From Candidatus Heimdallarchaeota archaeon (GTDB lineage: Archaea; Asgardarchaeota; Wukongarchaeia; Wukongarchaeales; JBHIFL01), in the NCBI GenBank assembly GCA_046761065.1, contig JBHIFL010000063.1:1-22263 (forward strand): DNA of 22,263 nucleotides, written 5' to 3'. The notes beneath the pieces were generated by a model that saw only the letters and a list, made by a program, of their open reading frames with translations, ran no database searches and was not told where the DNA came from. Below, in pieces: positions 18,054-22,263 of this stretch. Position 1 is the stretch's first letter. The number at the start of each line of letters is the position of its first letter. Both the position numbers and the translations under genes were made by a program.

Positions 18054-18168
18054 CGTAGATAGAACCCTTGTTGTGAACTATCTGGTCGTGTGGAAAAAAA
18101 GCTCACTTATAAAACTTGGAAATTCACACTCGCCAAGCGTAGATAGTGCCCAAACTTTGAAACTATAT
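18054..18168 (+). promoter_or_regulatory. Permease promoter with twin candidate operators
   Basis: TTATAAAA at 18107-18114, flanked by CGTAGATAG-N15-CTATCT and CGTAGATAG-N16-CTATAT. Confidence 0.5.
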
Positions 18169-18197
18169 CAAATCGATCATGTGGGGACTGAAAACAC

Positions 18198-19181
18198 ATG
18201 GGAATCCGCTGGTATATTATAAAACGTCTTCTTAACGCTATACCGGTTTTGTTTTCGGTTTTAGTTATTGCATTCTTCTTAGTTCGCCTAGCGCCAGGAG
18301 ATCCTGCCGTGTTAATGGCCGGAGAAGGAGCAACAGAAGAATACCTTGATCTAATGCGTGAGAAATACGGATTGAATGACCCCATTTGGATTCAGTTTGG
18401 GCGACAAATGAAGAATTTCCTCACGGGTGACTGGGGGAAATCTTGGACATTCGAGAGACCGGTCTTGGATGTGATTATCGACCGGATCCCGCAAACCTTG
18501 CTGCTGGTGGGAGTTGGACTAACGCTAGCTATAATTTTTGGAATTTTTCTGGGATTGGCTGCGGCTCGCGTGCCTTATTCTCTAAAGGATAACCTAATCA
18601 CCTTCTTTTCCTTTTTAGGGTTTTCTCTTCCGGTTTTTTGGTTTGCACAAATCCTTGTTCTGGTCTTTGGAATCAAATTGGGTTGGCTTCCACCTTTTGG
18701 ACTAATAGACTATGGAGTAAATCCAGAATCCAAACTGTTTTGGGGCTGGACATATACAAAAAACATTTTAAAACATTTAATCTTACCAGCTACCGCCTTG
18801 GCTACGGTTTTTTTAGCCACATACACAAAATTAACCCGAGCAGGACTCCTTGAAGTTCAAAGGCAGAATTTTATAATGGCTGCGCGGGCCAAAGGTGTCC
18901 CCGAGGATAAAATTCTTCGTAAACATGGGCTAAGGAATGCGCTGCTGCCTGTCATTACAGTTGCGGGGATACAATTCGGAGTAGCGATCGCAGGAGTCGT
19001 TCTCACAGAGACGGTGTTTGCGTGGCCGGGTGTCGGGCGCCTGCTGTACGATGCCCTATTATTTCGGGATTATCCTTTAGTAATGGGCACATTTGTGTTT
19101 GTATCCCTTTCGGTGGTCTTTTTCAACATACTCGCGGATATCCTCTACGCATGGGTCGATCCACGCATCACATATACATAA
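18198..19181 (+). CDS. oppB: Peptide ABC transporter permease (OppB/DppB-like)
   Basis: LAPGDPA, GDWGKSW, EAA-loop ARAKGV...HGLRNALLP, ETVFAWPGVG and DPRI. Confidence 0.95.
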   Translation: MGIRWYIIKRLLNAIPVLFSVLVIAFFLVRLAPGDPAVLMAGEGATEEYLDLMREKYGLNDPIWIQFGRQMKNFLTGDWGKSWTFERPVLDVIIDRIPQTLLLVGVGLTLAIIFGIFLGLAAARVPYSLKDNLITFFSFLGFSLPVFWFAQILVLVFGIKLGWLPPFGLIDYGVNPESKLFWGWTYTKNILKHLILPATALATVFLATYTKLTRAGLLEVQRQNFIMAARAKGVPEDKILRKHGLRNALLPVITVAGIQFGVAIAGVVLTETVFAWPGVGRLLYDALLFRDYPLVMGTFVFVSLSVVFFNILADILYAWVDPRITYT

Positions 19182-19196
19182 GAAGGGTGAATTGAA

Positions 19197-20057
19197 ATGA
19201 GTGAAAGCGCAGTACAAGAGTTTCAGGAATGGCGAGAAGCATGGCGACGGTTTAAACGCAATCGAGCAGCTGTTGTAGCGTTAGGGTTGTTTCTTGTTAT
19301 CGTGTTTCTGGCGATCTTTGCCGACTGGATTGCTCCATTTGACCCGTTGAAGACTAAAGTTGCGCCCAGCCGCTTACCACCCTCCCGCGATCATCTCTTT
19401 GGGACAGATCAGGTTGGCCGGGATATCTTTAGTGGAGTAATCCATGGCACAAGGACCGGGTTACTTGTAGGAATCATTTCAACCCTCATTTCAGTCACGA
19501 TTGCAATTATTATAGGTATTCTCGCTGGTTATCTAGGTGGCACAGTCGATATGGTCATCATGCGAATAGTAGAAATCCTATTATCGATTCCACCATTTAT
19601 CTTCGCGATGACTATCGTAATACTCTATGGAGTGAGACTTCCAATCATCATCCTCGTTATTGGGTTGTTATCCTGGCCAACGTTAGCACGGATCGTGCGT
19701 GCGGAGGTATTATCACTGAAAGAGCGCGAATTCGTCATGGCGATCCGGTCAGTTGGTGCGAGTGACTTTAACATCGTATTTGATGAAGTGTTACCGAACG
19801 CGCTTCCCCCACTCATCCCTGCGGCAACATTGCAAGTTGCCACCGCGATCTTATTTGAGGCAGCCCTGAGCTTCCTTGGGTTTGGCGATCCAAATGTAGC
19901 CAGTTGGGGAAAATCGCTGTGGATAGCGCAACAAGCGTTGTATGCCGGGAAATGGTGGCCCGTCATTTTCCCGGGAGTTTTTATTGTTCTAACAGCTTTA
20001 TCATTTTCAGTAGTCGGAGATGGGCTGAATGATGCCTTAAATCCAAAACTCCGCTAA
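19197..20057 (+). CDS. oppC: Peptide ABC transporter permease (OppC/DppC-like)
   Basis: HLFGTDQVGRDI, EREFVMAIRSVGA, LSFLGFG and GDGLNDALNPK. GGTGA ribosome-binding site. Confidence 0.95.
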   Translation: MSESAVQEFQEWREAWRRFKRNRAAVVALGLFLVIVFLAIFADWIAPFDPLKTKVAPSRLPPSRDHLFGTDQVGRDIFSGVIHGTRTGLLVGIISTLISVTIAIIIGILAGYLGGTVDMVIMRIVEILLSIPPFIFAMTIVILYGVRLPIIILVIGLLSWPTLARIVRAEVLSLKEREFVMAIRSVGASDFNIVFDEVLPNALPPLIPAATLQVATAILFEAALSFLGFGDPNVASWGKSLWIAQQALYAGKWWPVIFPGVFIVLTALSFSVVGDGLNDALNPKLR

Positions 20058-20059
20058 CT

Positions 20060-21046
20060 CTAGATGTGGAAGCAGGCCACATAATGGTCAGGTTCGCTCT
20101 CGACCAATTGCGGTTCTCGAGCGGCGCAATCCGCATCCGCCAATGCACACCGCGTCCGGAACCGACACCCAGATGGTGGATCGATTGGACTAGGCACATC
20201 TCCAGTGAGGGGTGGGTTTTCGATCCAGTCCCGTTGCTCCGGATCCACTGAAGGAGCGGAAGCAAGGAGTGCTCGGGTATAAGGGTGTAATGGTTTTTCT
20301 AAGACATTGGTTATTGGACCAACCTCAACAAGTTTTCCTAGATACATCACAATTACGCGTTCTGCTAGGAAACGGACGACTGGGAGATCGTGGGAAATGA
20401 TGACATAATTGACATTATACAGCTTTTGCAGGTTCCTCATTAGTTCTAAGATTTGGACTCGAACCGTGACATCGACAAAGCTCACGGGTTCATCAGCGAT
20501 AATAAGTTTAGGGCGTAAAGATAATGCTCGGGCAACCAACGCTCTCTGACGTTGGCCTCCACTGAGCTCATGGATGTATCGGTTGAGAAAACTTTCGGGA
20601 GGTGTTAACCCGACAGTTTCAAGCAGTCCTAAAATTTCTGCATCAGTGACAGGGATCTTATGGATTTTAAACGGTTTGAGTAAGATTTTTCGAATCGTTT
20701 TACGCGGGTTGAGCGCGGAGGAGGGGTCCTGGAAGACAACTTGGATATTCCGTCGAATTGTTAGTTGCTCTTCTTTGCTTAATTGGGTCATGCTACTTAT
20801 GGGAAGATCCATAAAAGTGATGGTGCCGTCAGTTGGCTTGATTAACCCACTGAGTATCCTTCCGAGCGTAGTTTTGCCGCAGCCACTTTCTCCCACAATC
20901 CCAACGTTTTGTCCTGCATAGATGTCAAGGCTACAATCATCAACTGCTCGAACTACCTTTTTTGTCCGGTCAAAGATGCCACTGATGGAAAAATATTTTT
21001 TCACATGGCGGGCTTTAAGCAGCGGTTGAGTTGTTGTGGTTGTCAT
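20060..21046 (-). CDS. oppF: Peptide ABC transporter ATP-binding protein (OppF/DppF-like)
   Basis: Walker A GESGCGKTT, LSGGQRQR, IIADEP, HPYT and C-terminal GCRFRTRC...VACF. Confidence 0.95.
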   Translation of the reverse strand: MTTTTTQPLLKARHVKKYFSISGIFDRTKKVVRAVDDCSLDIYAGQNVGIVGESGCGKTTLGRILSGLIKPTDGTITFMDLPISSMTQLSKEEQLTIRRNIQVVFQDPSSALNPRKTIRKILLKPFKIHKIPVTDAEILGLLETVGLTPPESFLNRYIHELSGGQRQRALVARALSLRPKLIIADEPVSFVDVTVRVQILELMRNLQKLYNVNYVIISHDLPVVRFLAERVIVMYLGKLVEVGPITNVLEKPLHPYTRALLASAPSVDPEQRDWIENPPLTGDVPSPIDPPSGCRFRTRCALADADCAAREPQLVESEPDHYVACFHI

Positions 21047-22004
21047 ATTCCCAACACGTCACCCATCTGTCTTTTGTAAGCTGTGTTTTCAAAGGTCTCT
21101 GCTCCTTGCACTGGGAGCGCGCATCGGAGCACCGGGGATGAAATGGACACCCTGGGGGAAGATTCGTCAAGTCGGGAGATGAGCCTTTGATCAACTCTAC
21201 GGTACTTGTCTCCCCGGCATAACTAGAAGCTGCTAGGAGAACCTTTGTATAAGGATGCTTCGGATCCTTAAAAATCTCCAAACAGGGACCTTCTTCCACT
21301 AGATGTCCTGCGTACATCACGATGACCTTGTCAGTTAGTCCTGCTACACACCCTAGGTCATGTGTGATCAGCAGAATTGCAAGGTTCAGTTCACGATTCA
21401 GGGTTTTCAAGAGGTGCAAAATCTGTGCTTGAATGGTCAGGTCCAGTGCCGTAGTTGGCTCATCTGCCAATAAAAGAGAAGGATAATGGGCGATAGCCAT
21501 CGCAATAATTGCCCGCTGAGACATTCCCCCACTCAATTGGTGTGGATAATAATTATAGACCCGTTCCGGATCGGCAATCCGTACCAAATTCAAGATCTCA
21601 ATTACTCGGCGCTCGGCCTCTTTTTGGGTCACTCCTACCTCATGAAGTAAGATAGCTTCCCGAATCTGGTTCCCCACTTTATGAAGGGGGTTCAAAAACG
21701 AAGCAGGGTCCTGAAAGATCATTGAAATCTCTTTTCCTCGAATAGATTGAATAACCTCATCCGGTGCTTGGACAAGTTCAGTATCTTTGAAAAATATGCG
21801 ACCCCCGACGATTTTTGCTGGCGGTGAGATCAAACGAGGGATAGCAATGGCGGTAGTTGTCTTTCCGGAACCGGATTCTCCCACTAAAGCTACAATTTCT
21901 CCTTCCCGGATCTGAAAGCTCACATCATCTACTGCTCGAACTTCAGCGTTGTGTAATAGATATGAAACTCTAAGATTTTCGATCGAAAGTAAGGATGGTT
22001 TCAT
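21015..22004 (-). CDS. oppD: Peptide ABC transporter ATP-binding protein (OppD/DppD-like)
   Basis: GESGSGKTT, YPHQLSGGMSQR, ADEPTTALD and GCPFHPRC. The ATG at 22004 follows GGAG, and the gene overlaps oppF by 32 nt. Confidence 0.95.
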   Translation of the reverse strand: MKPSLLSIENLRVSYLLHNAEVRAVDDVSFQIREGEIVALVGESGSGKTTTAIAIPRLISPPAKIVGGRIFFKDTELVQAPDEVIQSIRGKEISMIFQDPASFLNPLHKVGNQIREAILLHEVGVTQKEAERRVIEILNLVRIADPERVYNYYPHQLSGGMSQRAIIAMAIAHYPSLLLADEPTTALDLTIQAQILHLLKTLNRELNLAILLITHDLGCVAGLTDKVIVMYAGHLVEEGPCLEIFKDPKHPYTKVLLAASSYAGETSTVELIKGSSPDLTNLPPGCPFHPRCSDARSQCKEQRPLKTQLTKDRWVTCWEYDNHNNSTAA

Positions 22005-22153
22005 GTACTCCACGACTTTAACTTGTATGATTCTGGAACGGTGCCATCCAACACGCACACGTGAAGAGCGTTTTTATGTTCTTCGTTCATGTTATTCTAA
22101 GGGGATACGTACCATTAGGGGAAACAAGAAAGTTGAGAAATGGAGAGTTCTTA

Positions 22154-22263
22154 TCAGCCACCCCATATCTCTGTAAGGATCCGTAAAGCGTTTTTCCCGA
22201 TGATTTTCTGAATTTCCGTATCGCTATATCCGTTCTTGACAAGCCACCTAGTAACATTGGGGA
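22154..22263 (-). CDS. C-terminus of a second M19 membrane dipeptidase (truncated by the window edge)
   Basis: PNVTRWLVKNGYSDTEIQKIIGKNALRILTEIWGG* is 22/35 identical (manual count) to the end of the 10587-11798 protein. Confidence 0.9.
   Translation of the reverse strand, partial: PNVTRWLVKNGYSDTEIQKIIGKNALRILTEIWGG

Noticed and set aside
1-22263. CRISPR arrays, tRNA/rRNA genes, transposases, integrases
   Set aside because: No regularly spaced repeats, cloverleafs or recombinase motifs were seen on reading.

Overview
Archaeal-type DNA, inferred from GGTGA/GAGGTG ribosome-binding sites, BRE/TATA-like promoters, oligo-T terminators, a tungsten AOR and an MNT-HEPN pair. The lineage cannot be fixed from sequence alone; an uncultured heterotroph such as an Asgard archaeon is plausible. 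The left part (1-9.6 kb) is a mixed region: an MntA-HepT toxin-antitoxin pair with a frameshifted toxin, a ThDP-dependent enzyme, a site-2 protease, an unannotated MFS/dipeptidase pseudogene chimera, YjbQ, a PLP aminotransferase, a Tag-like glycosylase with an altered active site, and an alpha/alpha-toroid hypothetical protein. The right part (9.6-22.3 kb) is a coherent catabolic cluster: an Asp/Glu/hydantoin-type racemase, an M19 dipeptidase, an atypical aldehyde:ferredoxin oxidoreductase, an enolase-superfamily epimerase, a five-gene Opp/Dpp ABC importer split over three transcription units, and the 3' end of a second M19 dipeptidase not shown in the ORF track. The best candidate for an undescribed system is a pathway for uptake, stereo-inversion, hydrolysis and oxidation of D-amino-acid-containing or otherwise modified peptides. 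Non-coding signals include an identical terminator motif exactly 28 nt after two cluster genes, twin operator-like inverted repeats around the permease promoter, and a roughly 170-nt multi-stem element at 14588-14757.
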